Origin: a virus
Length of the DNA stretch: 33,851 nucleotides
Strand: one strand, 5' to 3'
IMG/VR virus record: IMGVR_UViG_3300025276_000015
Shown: positions 16,355 to 24,955 of the stretch, in pieces
Layout of the letters: every line of letters begins with the position of its first letter
Position numbering within the stretch: position 1 is the stretch's first letter
Program-made: the position numbers and the translations under genes
The notes under the pieces: model-generated
What the model saw: only the letters and a program-made list of their open reading frames with translations
Databases searched by the model: none
Told to the model about the DNA's origin: nothing

Positions 16355-18584
16355 TCTGCATTCTCGCTATTTCGGAGTCAGACATATATCTCATTGCTCT
16401 GCGCTGAGCCTCAGCTCGCTGCCTCTCTGCGTCAGCGCGTTGCCTATCCATCATGTCAGCCATCTTCTCTTGGTTGTCTAGCTGATCACCTACAGACTTA
16501 ACCTGAGACTGATTGACCGTGGCATTAGCCTGCTGAGCTTTGATCTCAGTATCCATGCGCTTAGTCTCAGCGTTGAAGATGTCTATCTGGTTGTCAGCCT
16601 GATCGCCTTGCATCTGCGTCTGGAGCTTCTGCGCTTCCAGTTGTAGTTTCATCTGCTCGTTCTGGAGCTTGGCCTGCTCTATCTGCGCTCGCATCATCTC
16701 GGCTTCAGCTTTCATCTGCTCAGCCATTGCCAGAACCATGTTCGGATCTTGCTGTGGCTCGCCTTGCTGCTGCTGTGCTGCCGCTAGTTCTTCCTGAGTC
16801 ATCTGCTCTTGCGGTATCAGGCCAGCAGTTATCATCTGTGCGCGTTTTCGGTCAGAGATTTGCTGAGCCGAGGCCGTAGCCACGTTGTCCAGCAACACAT
16901 CGCCAGCGATCTGTAGGATCGTAGGATCAACCTTGGCAATCTCAATGATTGTCTCAATCGTCTCTTGTTGGCGGTTCTTGAAGCTCGCACCAGCCTTGAC
17001 TTGCACATCGTAGTTGCCGACTGACAGATCATTAACAGTCACCACATCGCCTGTCTGCTGGTCTATGACCTTCTGGTTGATGTCTGCAACGTCATAGGTG
17101 TTGTCTTCCTTCAGCAGCCTTACAGTACGCGCTGAGTCATAGATCTCAGGGATGGCAGATACCAAGACACGACCAGTGGCACGAATGCCAAACTCCAAGG
17201 CTTTGAAGTATTTGATCGTAGAGTTATCGCCTTTGTTCTGTAGCGCGTTAATCGCAACGCCAGACTGATTCTGTGGATTGTCGCCCATGTTGCTGCTGAA
17301 CATACCGGAGGCATAGGTAATCATACCGCGCATAGACTCAGACATTGTGCGTAGCGCTGGGTTGATCTGTGCGCCGCCTTGCTGTTGAGGCACTTGCGGG
17401 AACTCTGGGTCTACGTTGAAGAACTGCACCGGATCGTGGTTAGTGTTCAGCGTCTGCAATGAATCCTCGTGGCCTGCCGCCTGCCCCATTGTCATCCAAT
17501 ACTTAGACCGTGGCGCAAGGCTAGTCTCTGCAACCTCACGGCTGACTGAGTAGTTCAGCACTCTCTGCGAGTCCATGAGCTTCTCAACGAGTCCCCAGAA
17601 GATCGTCTTGTTCTCAAAGATCTTGTAGTTGGCAAATATAGGTATCACCGGAATCATGTTGAAGACTGTCTCTTTCTTTTCCTCCAGCCAATCGCTAGCG
17701 TCAAATAACCGTGAACATACCTCTTTCTTGACCCGCTTACGCCTACGGACTTCTGTCACTCCAATAGCTTTCAGCTCATCAGCTATCTTCTTAAAGTCAT
17801 CATTGAACTCATGAACCTGCCCATTAGACATCATGACCAGCTCGCGCTCTTCCTCTTCGCAGTACAGCAGCTCACCAATCACCACGACCTCAGCCTTGTC
17901 GTAGTAAGCCTCGCCATCACGGCCTTCATCTACTGACTCGCCAGAGCCTTCAGGAAAGCGTCTGTCATATTCTTGCCTACCAACAGCATGAAGGACAAAG
18001 CAATAGCGTGAGTCTGACTTGTCTTGCTTCTCTGCCGCAGGATCAAACCATACTCGGTCAAGCGCATTGCCAATAGGCTCAATGAACAGGTCTTGGTCAA
18101 AGCTATCCTGACTCACATACTTATGCACAACGCGCCAAGCGCCGAAGCCAGTGGTCACCATAGTACGAGCTGCGTGGTTGTAGACCTCACTAGCATCAGA
18201 CATAGACTCAATGTTGCGAACAATGCCTGAGTAGGTGTTGGCTATATCCTTGGTGCTGTTGCCGCCAGCAGGAGAGACAGAGACATCAAAGGAGGCTTGG
18301 TCAATCTCCGAGCAAACCTGATCAATGATCGGATTAACCATATCAAAGCTGTAGCGCGGAGACTTGGACTCTTTCGCATTGCTGTACCAGTAGGGTTCCC
18401 ATTGACCATCACGCTTATCCACAAACAACGCAGCCTCGCGCCCATTGTTTCGCAGGTCTTGGTCAGCCTCCTGAGAAGCAGACAGAAGGTTAGACACATA
18501 CTCGTGATCTTCATAGCTTGAAGAGTCATAGGTGTCCTCGCCATACTCTTTCTTGGAGTCTTTCTCGTATTCGTACTTATCCAT
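16344..18584 (-). CDS. Portal protein (P22-like, with a long C-terminal coiled-coil barrel)
   Basis: 746 aa, directly after TerL with an 8-nt overlap. The last roughly 150 aa are Q/E/A/M-rich coiled coil, as in the 725-aa P22 portal. Confidence 0.8.
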   Translation of the reverse strand: MDKYEYEKDSKKEYGEDTYDSSSYEDHEYVSNLLSASQEADQDLRNNGREAALFVDKRDGQWEPYWYSNAKESKSPRYSFDMVNPIIDQVCSEIDQASFDVSVSPAGGNSTKDIANTYSGIVRNIESMSDASEVYNHAARTMVTTGFGAWRVVHKYVSQDSFDQDLFIEPIGNALDRVWFDPAAEKQDKSDSRYCFVLHAVGRQEYDRRFPEGSGESVDEGRDGEAYYDKAEVVVIGELLYCEEEERELVMMSNGQVHEFNDDFKKIADELKAIGVTEVRRRKRVKKEVCSRLFDASDWLEEKKETVFNMIPVIPIFANYKIFENKTIFWGLVEKLMDSQRVLNYSVSREVAETSLAPRSKYWMTMGQAAGHEDSLQTLNTNHDPVQFFNVDPEFPQVPQQQGGAQINPALRTMSESMRGMITYASGMFSSNMGDNPQNQSGVAINALQNKGDNSTIKYFKALEFGIRATGRVLVSAIPEIYDSARTVRLLKEDNTYDVADINQKVIDQQTGDVVTVNDLSVGNYDVQVKAGASFKNRQQETIETIIEIAKVDPTILQIAGDVLLDNVATASAQQISDRKRAQMITAGLIPQEQMTQEELAAAQQQQGEPQQDPNMVLAMAEQMKAEAEMMRAQIEQAKLQNEQMKLQLEAQKLQTQMQGDQADNQIDIFNAETKRMDTEIKAQQANATVNQSQVKSVGDQLDNQEKMADMMDRQRADAERQRAEAQRRAMRYMSDSEIARMQNGI

Positions 18585-20004
18585 GCTTCCATCCTGAGAA
18601 GTTTAGAACAACCTTCTGTTGGTTTATTACCTTGGGACTATGCAACGACATCATAAGCGCATCACCCATGTTTGGACTCGGCAACCGATAGGGAGGCTTA
18701 GCCATCTCTATCTTGCTCAGTATCTGTATCTTACCAGCGTTGTTGCGTTTAAGTGGTATGCGGCAGACCTCAGCGCGTAGCTGGTCTAGCACTGCAATGT
18801 CCGAGGATAGGCTGATCATATCCTCTGGGTTCACATACTCGCCTTTGATCACGGCTCTGTGCGTGGCCTCAAACCTATCTCTTAACCGCCACCAGTATTG
18901 CGCTCGCTTGTTCTTGAAGGTCTCTCGGTTAGTCTTGTCTCGCTGGATGCCGCCGCTGGTATACGGCAGCTCTGGGTCTTCAGCAGCCTCTGAGCCTTTG
19001 AACATACTGTACTTGAGTTTGTTCTTGCCTGACAGCGCCTGATCTACTTGCCGCTTGAGAGAGACACCTAGACCGTCTGCGTCCCAGATAAAGTGGTCAG
19101 CGTTAGCCTTCAGCGCCTTGTCCAGCGCCCAATCCATACCTTCCGCTGCATCACCTGTTACCATCTCACACACATCTAAGATCACGTTGCCGTGCCTGAG
19201 CGTGAAGCCTTTGCTGTCACCGCCTTCATCAGATGGATCGTGAGAAGCAATGATGGCGCCTTCTGGCTTCCAGCCTAGCTTCACATGAGCGTCTACCGCC
19301 GACAAGAACCACTCCACTGGAATGATTGAGTCCTCATTCTCGTCATACGTCTCGCCTTCCCAGACATGAGAGTACAAAGCCGCTGACATATGCGCTTGGT
19401 CATAGGCTCGCTCTTGCTCTAGCACCTCTGGGAATGCTGGGTTGTCATTATGGTTCATCCAGACAATCGTGTGATGCTCGTCTTCGTAGACACCATCACG
19501 CCGCAGCTCTTTCTCAAACGGCTTAACGAATCGTAGGAAAAATGGATCAGCCGCTGACCTTGGGTTAGCTGCCATCCAGATCTCTGAGCCTGCCGTCCTG
19601 AGCGTAGGAGTAAGCGCCTTGAGGCTGGCCTCTGATATTGTCTGGCTCTCGTCCACGAATACACGGTTGAAGCCGTGGTAAGACTTAACACTCTCTGGCG
19701 ATCTTGCTAAGCCGATATACTTGAATGCAGTTTCGCCGTTGTAGCGGATCTCATTGCGCTGGATCTCAAAGCCTTGCAGGTCAAGCCGTTCTATCTCAGC
19801 ACACAGCAGCGTATGAATGGAGTCATCTATTGATGCTTGGAACTCACGAGCGCAGAGAGTCTTGATTCCCTGCATCTGTGCTGCCTGTAGACACAGATCA
19901 CCCATTGTCATGCTCTTACCTGAGCCTCGACCGCCGATACAGATCTTGTAGCGCTTAGGCTGCAAGAACGGAAGCATCTTCTTGGGTATCTGCATCTTGG
20001 GCAT
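18577..20004 (-). CDS. terL: Terminase large subunit
   Basis: 475 aa. Walker A motif in KICIGGRGSGKSMTMGD. Lies immediately upstream of the portal gene. Confidence 0.85.
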   Translation of the reverse strand: MPKMQIPKKMLPFLQPKRYKICIGGRGSGKSMTMGDLCLQAAQMQGIKTLCAREFQASIDDSIHTLLCAEIERLDLQGFEIQRNEIRYNGETAFKYIGLARSPESVKSYHGFNRVFVDESQTISEASLKALTPTLRTAGSEIWMAANPRSAADPFFLRFVKPFEKELRRDGVYEDEHHTIVWMNHNDNPAFPEVLEQERAYDQAHMSAALYSHVWEGETYDENEDSIIPVEWFLSAVDAHVKLGWKPEGAIIASHDPSDEGGDSKGFTLRHGNVILDVCEMVTGDAAEGMDWALDKALKANADHFIWDADGLGVSLKRQVDQALSGKNKLKYSMFKGSEAAEDPELPYTSGGIQRDKTNRETFKNKRAQYWWRLRDRFEATHRAVIKGEYVNPEDMISLSSDIAVLDQLRAEVCRIPLKRNNAGKIQILSKIEMAKPPYRLPSPNMGDALMMSLHSPKVINQQKVVLNFSGWKHG

Positions 20005-20147
20005 TATTCGTACTTCACAGTATTCTTTTTCTTCTTAGCTTTAGCCATTGCGATGGCGATAGCCTGATTCTGCGGTTTGCCTGATGCCATCTCTGTCTTG
20101 ATGTTCTTGGAGATAGTCTTCTTACTCTTGCCTTTTTCTAGTGGCAT
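20004..20147 (-). CDS. Small Lys-rich protein (47 aa) between terS and terL
   Basis: Hand translation: [47 protein letters not shown]. There are TAATG overlaps at both ends. The ORF is below the track cutoff. Confidence 0.5.
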   Translation of the reverse strand: MPLEKGKSKKTISKNIKTEMASGKPQNQAIAIAMAKAKKKKNTVKYE

Positions 20148-20512
20148 TATTCCATCACCTCTATTGTCCAGTGAGTGTCAACATCCATCTGAATAGGCTT
20201 GCCATCAGCGCCTGTATGCTCTGTCCTGCTCTTCTCTGTCCAGCCAAGCGTCTGACTCAGGTAGAGCTTCAGGCTTGGAAAGTCCTTATCAAGAATAGCT
20301 TTGTCGCGCAGTGTCTTGGCGGCTAGTACACCATCCTTGTATCTGGCTCTAGTATAAGCGGTAAAAACTCGCTCATCTCTTTTGAAGATGTCTCGTAAGG
20401 TCTTGGAAGTTATAGAGAAATATTCAGCAAGCTGATCTTGAGTCATTACCGGAGCAAGCTCTTTGATCTCTTCTATCTCTTCATCTGTAAACACTCGTTC
20501 AGGTCTTGCCAT
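20147..20512 (-). CDS. terS: Terminase small subunit (HTH type)
   Basis: 121 aa. N-terminal HTH-like region ([18 protein letters not shown]). Contains [14 protein letters not shown], a pattern common in small terminases. Lies upstream of terL. Confidence 0.5.
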   Translation of the reverse strand: MARPERVFTDEEIEEIKELAPVMTQDQLAEYFSITSKTLRDIFKRDERVFTAYTRARYKDGVLAAKTLRDKAILDKDFPSLKLYLSQTLGWTEKSRTEHTGADGKPIQMDVDTHWTIEVME

Positions 20513-20545
20513 TTTTCTTCTCTGCCTCGATATCCATCATAGTAT

Positions 20546-20767
20546 CTATAGCTCTAGAATTTGAATCTCATTGAGCAGTGATTGATGAGCAAGCTGTCTC
20601 AGGTAAGAAGCGCGGCCTACTGACTGCGGCTTGTCTTTGAGTTTCTCCATTACCCAATCCTGCCATTTACCGGAAGCGGCAAGGCTATCAATGGTGTCCC
20701 AGAAAGTACGCTCCAAGACTATTGAGGTTGGATGTGTCTCTAGCTTTAAAAATCTACGCTCAGCCAT
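20546..20767 (-). CDS. Ribbon-helix-helix (RHH_4-like) protein
   Basis: 73 aa. TSIVLERTFWDTIDSLAA....SYLRQLA resembles the RHH_4 pattern (tSv.Le..FW.al..iA.......s.lr..v). Confidence 0.4.
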   Translation of the reverse strand: MAERRFLKLETHPTSIVLERTFWDTIDSLAASGKWQDWVMEKLKDKPQSVGRASYLRQLAHQSLLNEIQILEL

Positions 20768-21222
20768 TACAAAAACTCTCCTTTATCAACTTCGATAATG
20801 GTCTGCGGAATATTTAGCACAGTCCTTAGCTCTCGGCGAGCCATTGCTGCTACATACTCTTTATGGTCTTTATAGCGAATCTTCTCGCCTTTGGCCTTAG
20901 CACTGTCGTAAATGACAATAAGCCAATCATCGGCCTCCTGCGTCTTCTTGAGCAGAAAGTCTTTGTCTGGCGTGAATTCTTTGCTCCGCTCAAACAGGTC
21001 TCCTATTTTGAGTCCTAGCGATTCTACCACACTATCACCTTTTGCACCGCAAGAGAAACAATAGAATAGGAGCTTCTGGCCTTCAGGCGTGTCAGCCAGA
21101 GAGACAGACATAGAAGGATTGCTGTCATCATGTACAGGACAACAGGCAGTCCACTTGTTAGTGCCTAGCTGCTTGAGCTTGTCTAGCCTATCTAGTACAG
21201 GCGAATACCATTCATTTACCAT
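20767..21222 (-). CDS. Primase-type CHC2 zinc-finger protein (no TOPRIM or polymerase domain)
   Basis: 151 aa. CCPVHDDSNPSMSVSL...LFYCFSCGAKGD matches the DnaG-type CHC2 zinc-binding motif (CPfH.e.tPSf.v......y.CFgCG..GD). Confidence 0.65.
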   Translation of the reverse strand: MVNEWYSPVLDRLDKLKQLGTNKWTACCPVHDDSNPSMSVSLADTPEGQKLLFYCFSCGAKGDSVVESLGLKIGDLFERSKEFTPDKDFLLKKTQEADDWLIVIYDSAKAKGEKIRYKDHKEYVAAMARRELRTVLNIPQTIIEVDKGEFL

Positions 21223-22718
21223 GTGCGCTTACTCCATGCGATCTGGCGGCTCTTGATCCAGCTCAGCGCCTCTGGGATTGGTTCTCGGCCTACTTGCTTC
21301 AGGCCATTAGGAGCGCAAGAGAAGGCATCTATATACTTATGGTACGCCCAGCCTTTCTTGTAGTTATGCTCGTAACCGTAATACAGCAGTGATGAGTACC
21401 AATCTTGCTTCTGCTCCTTGGTCAGCGTCTTACGCCTCGCCTCGGCAGGTGACAGGTTCTCAGCCTTGACGAGCTGTGTGCCGTCATCCTTGAGTGTTGG
21501 CGTACCTATAGGTAACTCCCATCCACACTTACAGCGTAGTCCTGTGAAAGCTCCTGAGCATTGTTTGCACTGATGGACTACAGGCTCTTTCTGTTCTTTC
21601 TTAACCTGCTTGCGCTCGTCAAAGTTTCTTTCGCCTGAATGCAACTCTGAAGGCACGAAGCTCTCTGGGTAAGCGCCGAAGTGAGAGAGATTACCAGCGT
21701 GGTCTAGCACTGTAGCTCGCTCCTTATCAGGATGGATGCGCCAAATTCTTCCGATGCGTTGAATCCAAGTAGTGAGGCTGAATGTTTTATAGCAATCAAT
21801 ACAGATACTTACGCCACTATCGTCCCATCCCGTGTTCAAGAGTCGGCTGTTGATCATCACCTTGTACACGCCATCTTCAAAGTCTTGGTACTTTAGCTGT
21901 CTGGTTGCCTCGTCATCATAGCCGTCTATGTGTACAGCTATCTCTTGACCCAGCTCTCGGTTAAATCTATCCACAAGATTCTTACTGTAGGCAATGGAAG
22001 GAGCGAAGCACACAGCTCGCTTAGTGAGGTTCTCAGAGTGCTTAACGTAGTTAGCCACTATGTCACCTGCCAAGGTGTCATCCTCTGCCATCCGGTCTCC
22101 CAGAGCCTCAGCGTCATAGTCTGAGTTGCCTGTGTGAGACTTCTTGAGCTTGAGGTCAGAGGTGTCTGCCGTCCTGCCGTGGTAGTAATCTGTAGGACAG
22201 AGCCAGCCTTCATCTATCAGGTCTTGCGGAGTGGTAGTCACTATGAGGTCTTGCCATAAGCCTTCTGCTCCCATACCTCGGCTGTAAGGTGTCGCTGTAA
22301 GACCAATATACACAATATTGTTAAACCGCTTCATCTGGTCTAATAGACCTTTGTACATCTGATGAGCTTCATCAATTATCGCTATGTCATAGACAAAGTG
22401 ATTGCGCCGGATAGCTGTAGCTGTACTGACAATTTGAATGTTTTCATCTGGGTTGTAGCGCGAATCGCCAGCTTGCAGGACTGAGTAGCTTGCTCCCAGC
22501 GAATCAAATGTTGCCGTGGTTTGACTCAACAATTTTAACCTGTCACAAAAGAAAGCTATCTTCTTGCCTTTAGCTGCCGCATTGACAGCTATGTAGGCTG
22601 CAATATGCGTCTTGCCCATAGAGCAAGGAGCGCTGAGGATAACGCGCTTGTTACCTGCTTTGAGGCTGTCTCTAAGCGCGTCAACTGCGATTACCTGATG
22701 AGGTCTAAGGCTGATCAT
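21216..22718 (-). CDS. SF2 DEAH-box helicase with a C-terminal zinc ribbon
   Basis: Walker A is in SAPCSMGKTH and the DEAH box in IIDEAHQ. A later CKQCSGAFTGLRCKCGW forms a zinc ribbon. Start refined to MISLRPHQ (ATG 22718) with AAGGAG 10 nt upstream. The longer track start (22862) would overlap the upstream ORF. Confidence 0.8.
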   Translation of the reverse strand: MISLRPHQVIAVDALRDSLKAGNKRVILSAPCSMGKTHIAAYIAVNAAAKGKKIAFFCDRLKLLSQTTATFDSLGASYSVLQAGDSRYNPDENIQIVSTATAIRRNHFVYDIAIIDEAHQMYKGLLDQMKRFNNIVYIGLTATPYSRGMGAEGLWQDLIVTTTPQDLIDEGWLCPTDYYHGRTADTSDLKLKKSHTGNSDYDAEALGDRMAEDDTLAGDIVANYVKHSENLTKRAVCFAPSIAYSKNLVDRFNRELGQEIAVHIDGYDDEATRQLKYQDFEDGVYKVMINSRLLNTGWDDSGVSICIDCYKTFSLTTWIQRIGRIWRIHPDKERATVLDHAGNLSHFGAYPESFVPSELHSGERNFDERKQVKKEQKEPVVHQCKQCSGAFTGLRCKCGWELPIGTPTLKDDGTQLVKAENLSPAEARRKTLTKEQKQDWYSSLLYYGYEHNYKKGWAYHKYIDAFSCAPNGLKQVGREPIPEALSWIKSRQIAWSKRTW

Positions 22719-22935
22719 GCGGCTCAAGCTCCTTGCAGACATCATCATAGATGCCTTTGTAGTCGGGATGACCATAGCGGCTTGAGCCGTCAGCCATTTG
22801 GTAAGTGCGCCAGATCGCAACATCTGAGCAGTAGCGGAACTCAGCCGCCTTAGCTTCTTCAAAGTCTGAGCCTGAAACCATAAGAAATCCTACGATCACA
22901 AGTAATCCAGCAGCTATCCCAATTAGATTCCGCAT
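22705..22935 (-). CDS. Small membrane-anchored or secreted protein (hypothetical)
   Basis: 76 aa. N-terminal hydrophobic helix (LIGIAAGLLVIVGFLMV), then a soluble part with two Cys. Confidence 0.4.
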   Translation of the reverse strand: MRNLIGIAAGLLVIVGFLMVSGSDFEEAKAAEFRYCSDVAIWRTYQMADGSSRYGHPDYKGIYDDVCKELEPHDQP

Positions 22936-23168
22936 CGTGCGTCCTCCTGTTCTGCTTGAGCATACATCTTAGCGCGATAGGCAGGATAGGTTGCCTGCCA
23001 GACCTCTTCTTTGAGCCTATCCCAATCACGGCTAAACATACGGCCTAGCTTCTGGTCAGCGACTTCATGACCGTAAGACTCAACGAACTCAGGATAGTTA
23101 GCTACCATGCTGCCCATGACTAATGCGTCTAGCAGCTCATTTGTTTGATCTAAGTTAAATTCCATCAT
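22923..23168 (-). CDS. Hypothetical early protein
   Basis: 81-aa ORF in the tightly packed early operon. No motif recognised. Confidence 0.35.
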   Translation of the reverse strand: MMEFNLDQTNELLDALVMGSMVANYPEFVESYGHEVADQKLGRMFSRDWDRLKEEVWQATYPAYRAKMYAQAEQEDARCGI

Positions 23169-23169
23169 G

Positions 23170-23493
23170 TTACTTCTCCAACTGATAATGTTTGCGAGCG
23201 GCTGTTCTTAGGTAAGCTGCGGCAGTGTCCATCAAGGTTCTCTGCAAGACTTTCTGCGCCTTGCCTACTTCTTCGAGGTTGCCATAGGCGAGAGAGACAA
23301 TCATACGAGCAGCGTCAGAGCCGTCCATAAACGTGAACAGCGCAGCGTCAAGGTTATCAGCCGCATCACAGGCTAGGAAAAGATGATCAAGGATGTCATC
23401 ACGGTCAGGTTCAGGCAAAGAGTCCATGTCGTAATATGGGTCTAAGCCAAGTTCTTCTACTTTCGCAACGATCTGAGTATAGCTAAAAGACAT
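23170..23493 (-). CDS. Hypothetical acidic early protein
   Basis: 107-aa ORF preceded by the conserved hairpin/SD element. Asp/Glu-rich. Confidence 0.4.
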   Translation of the reverse strand: MSFSYTQIVAKVEELGLDPYYDMDSLPEPDRDDILDHLFLACDAADNLDAALFTFMDGSDAARMIVSLAYGNLEEVGKAQKVLQRTLMDTAAAYLRTAARKHYQLEK

Positions 23494-23499
23494 ACGTTT

Positions 23500-23539
23500 T
23501 CTCCGTCAAGAGTGATGCGCCTCCGCAGAGGCGCGGTTG
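23500..23539 (-). promoter_or_regulatory. Conserved intercistronic element, copy 1 (7-bp GC hairpin plus TGACGGAGA ribosome-binding region)
   Basis: 39 of 40 nt identical to 24118..24157. Minus strand reads CAACCGCGCCUC-UGCG-GAGGCGCAUCACUCUUGACGGAGA, then 7 nt, then ATG. Confidence 0.7.
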
Positions 23540-23541
23540 GT

Positions 23542-24111
23542 TTAGAAGTTGTAATCATAAAAAGCGTAAGGATTTTCTTTCAGACCGAAACGCAAATCTC
23601 CTTTACCCCATTCTTCTGGATTGTGCTTCTTGCGCCTAATTCGGATTACCTCAGCATTCGGGTTGCTTGCGTAGGTCACTTTCTGATTGCGCTGATCTGC
23701 AACGTGTCCAGCAAAACCACCTGCATACTGCTTGAGATGAGAGATGTCATGCTTAGTGTCCATCTTCCTGACCTCGATAGTCTTGTCGCTGATAACCTTG
23801 ACTATCTCGTAAGCATTAACATCGCTGTAGCCGTAATGAGAGGCGTGTGTAAATGTTTTGTTTTCTTCGGCAATGCGAAACTCAAAATTATCTTTAAGAT
23901 TATTAAGGTGAGCAAGCACCTCTTTATCCGTAACTACCTTTAACTCACGCTCGATGAATTCCAAATAACCGTTCTTTTCTTTAAGAATTCGCTTTTCGAG
24001 TTCAGCTTTATCAGTTGTTTCGCGTGAAACTTTAGTCCATTCCCAAACGCCAAGACCTTTAGATTTGTTATAGGTCTTTTGCTCAAGCCAGTAATATGTA
24101 GCGTTAATCAT
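23542..24111 (-). CDS. Hypothetical early protein
   Basis: 189-aa ORF preceded by element copy 2. No motif recognised. Confidence 0.4.
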   Translation of the reverse strand: MINATYYWLEQKTYNKSKGLGVWEWTKVSRETTDKAELEKRILKEKNGYLEFIERELKVVTDKEVLAHLNNLKDNFEFRIAEENKTFTHASHYGYSDVNAYEIVKVISDKTIEVRKMDTKHDISHLKQYAGGFAGHVADQRNQKVTYASNPNAEVIRIRRKKHNPEEWGKGDLRFGLKENPYAFYDYNF

Positions 24112-24117
24112 GTTGTA

Positions 24118-24157
24118 TCTCCGTCAAGAGTGATGCGCCTCCGAAGAGGCGCGGTTG
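24118..24157 (-). promoter_or_regulatory. Conserved intercistronic element, copy 2 (hairpin with C(UUCG)G tetraloop plus TGACGGAGA)
   Basis: Minus strand reads CAACCGCGCCUC-UUCG-GAGGCGCAUCACUCUUGACGGAGA, then 7 nt, then ATG of 23542..24111. Confidence 0.7.
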
Positions 24158-24163
24158 TTGTTA

Positions 24164-24445
24164 TCAGATTAGAGCGATTGTGCCACGAATGTTGAGGTCA
24201 AAAAGAGCTAGACTTGCGAGAGTCTTGGCGTGACTCTTATCGTCTATTGATAATAGGCCGCCCATTGTTGAAATAACTTTAACGCCGCCGCGCTTACCAA
24301 TCATAGCCATATAACTATACTTATTAAACGGATGGTCTTGGCCGTTGTTCCAGTTAACAAAAACGCACCCACGCTCTTCGCTCACTTTTGCCGTGCTTGT
24401 GCGTCTTTGAATTAGCTCGATTTTTTTGGCTTGTGCGTTGTTCAT
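24164..24445 (-). CDS. Hypothetical protein, first gene of the leftward operon
   Basis: 93-aa ORF. CTGACGGAGAAACATC lies immediately upstream of the ATG. Confidence 0.4.
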   Translation of the reverse strand: MNNAQAKKIELIQRRTSTAKVSEERGCVFVNWNNGQDHPFNKYSYMAMIGKRGGVKVISTMGGLLSIDDKSHAKTLASLALFDLNIRGTIALI

Positions 24446-24492
24446 GATGTTTCTCCGTCAGATGAGCAGCGTTGTGCGACTCCATGTAAAGC

Positions 24493-24520
24493 ATTCTACA
24501 CTAATTACACACAGTGTCCA
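24493..24520 (-). promoter_or_regulatory. Candidate leftward sigma70-type promoter
   Basis: Minus strand reads TGGACA-16 nt-TAGAAT. An A/T-rich direct repeat (AAATAAGT twice, 11-bp spacing) lies just upstream, like an UP element. The site is about 45 nt upstream of the first leftward ATG. Confidence 0.4.
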
Positions 24521-24926
24521 CTTATTTCACACTTATTTGGAGAAAAAAGTCATTTAGATGGTTTGGGACACCTAGTCCTAGATTTCAGCATGATCCGCAG
24601 TGTATCTATTGCCAGAACGCTTCATCATCCGTGATTGCTGCGTCAAGCCACCTCTGTGTCCACTAAACTGGTTTGCCGCCCGTCCTCTGCTGGTTGGGCG
24701 CGATCCCATCTATTCTCGGAACACTGCGCTATCTGGGTGTTTCAGGCTACCCATAGGCCATATCGCTGAGTTACGGTCAGGATTTATCACACCGGATTGC
24801 CAATATACTCCAAAACGATTGTGATGTACAATACCCATATGTGCAGGCGGTATATAGTTAAAGCCACTATATCTTGTCCTCCGTCAGCAAGCCGTTCTCC
24901 TTCGGGCTGTCTGCACACCTATTTGT

Positions 24927-24955
24927 TTGACACCTGCAAATAACCTCTGTACACT
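24927..24955 (+). promoter_or_regulatory. Candidate rightward sigma70-type promoter
   Basis: TTGACA (24927-24932), 17 nt, TACACT (24950-24955), about 35 nt upstream of the erf ATG. Confidence 0.45.

Noticed and set aside
22719-22862. N-terminal 48-aa extension of the helicase ORF, and likewise the 7-aa extension of the hub ORF at 10369..10389
   Set aside because: The extensions overlap the upstream genes and read as low-quality sequence. Internal ATGs have an AAGGAG SD (helicase) or a TAATG stop-start overlap (hub).
23500-24157. The two GC hairpins as rho-independent terminators, or TTGACG within the element as a -35 box
   Set aside because: No U-tract follows either hairpin. No acceptable -10 lies 16-18 nt downstream of TTGACG; the nearest TATACT is 22 nt away and inside the coding region.
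24431-24824. Plus-strand ORFs 24431..24634 and 24600..24824 in the divergent control region
   Set aside because: Their composition is not protein-like (Cys/Pro/Arg-rich) and there is no SD. They start upstream of, or across, the predicted leftward promoter. The region is treated as non-coding.
24710-24838. Minus-strand 42-aa ORF (MGIVHHNRFGVYWQSG...FRE*) and a 26-aa GTG ORF downstream of the fourth TGACGGAG motif
   Set aside because: No SD at the right spacing; the motif-to-start distance is 10 nt or more, against a constant 7 nt in the three real cases. I found no convincing upstream promoter. It remains a possibility only within the intergenic-region finding.
24600-24880. tRNA, or the tRNA-derived half of an attP site, in the GC-rich intergenic core
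   Set aside because: No GTTCRANYC T-loop or D-loop consensus is present on either strand, I could not draw a cloverleaf, and the genome has no integrase.
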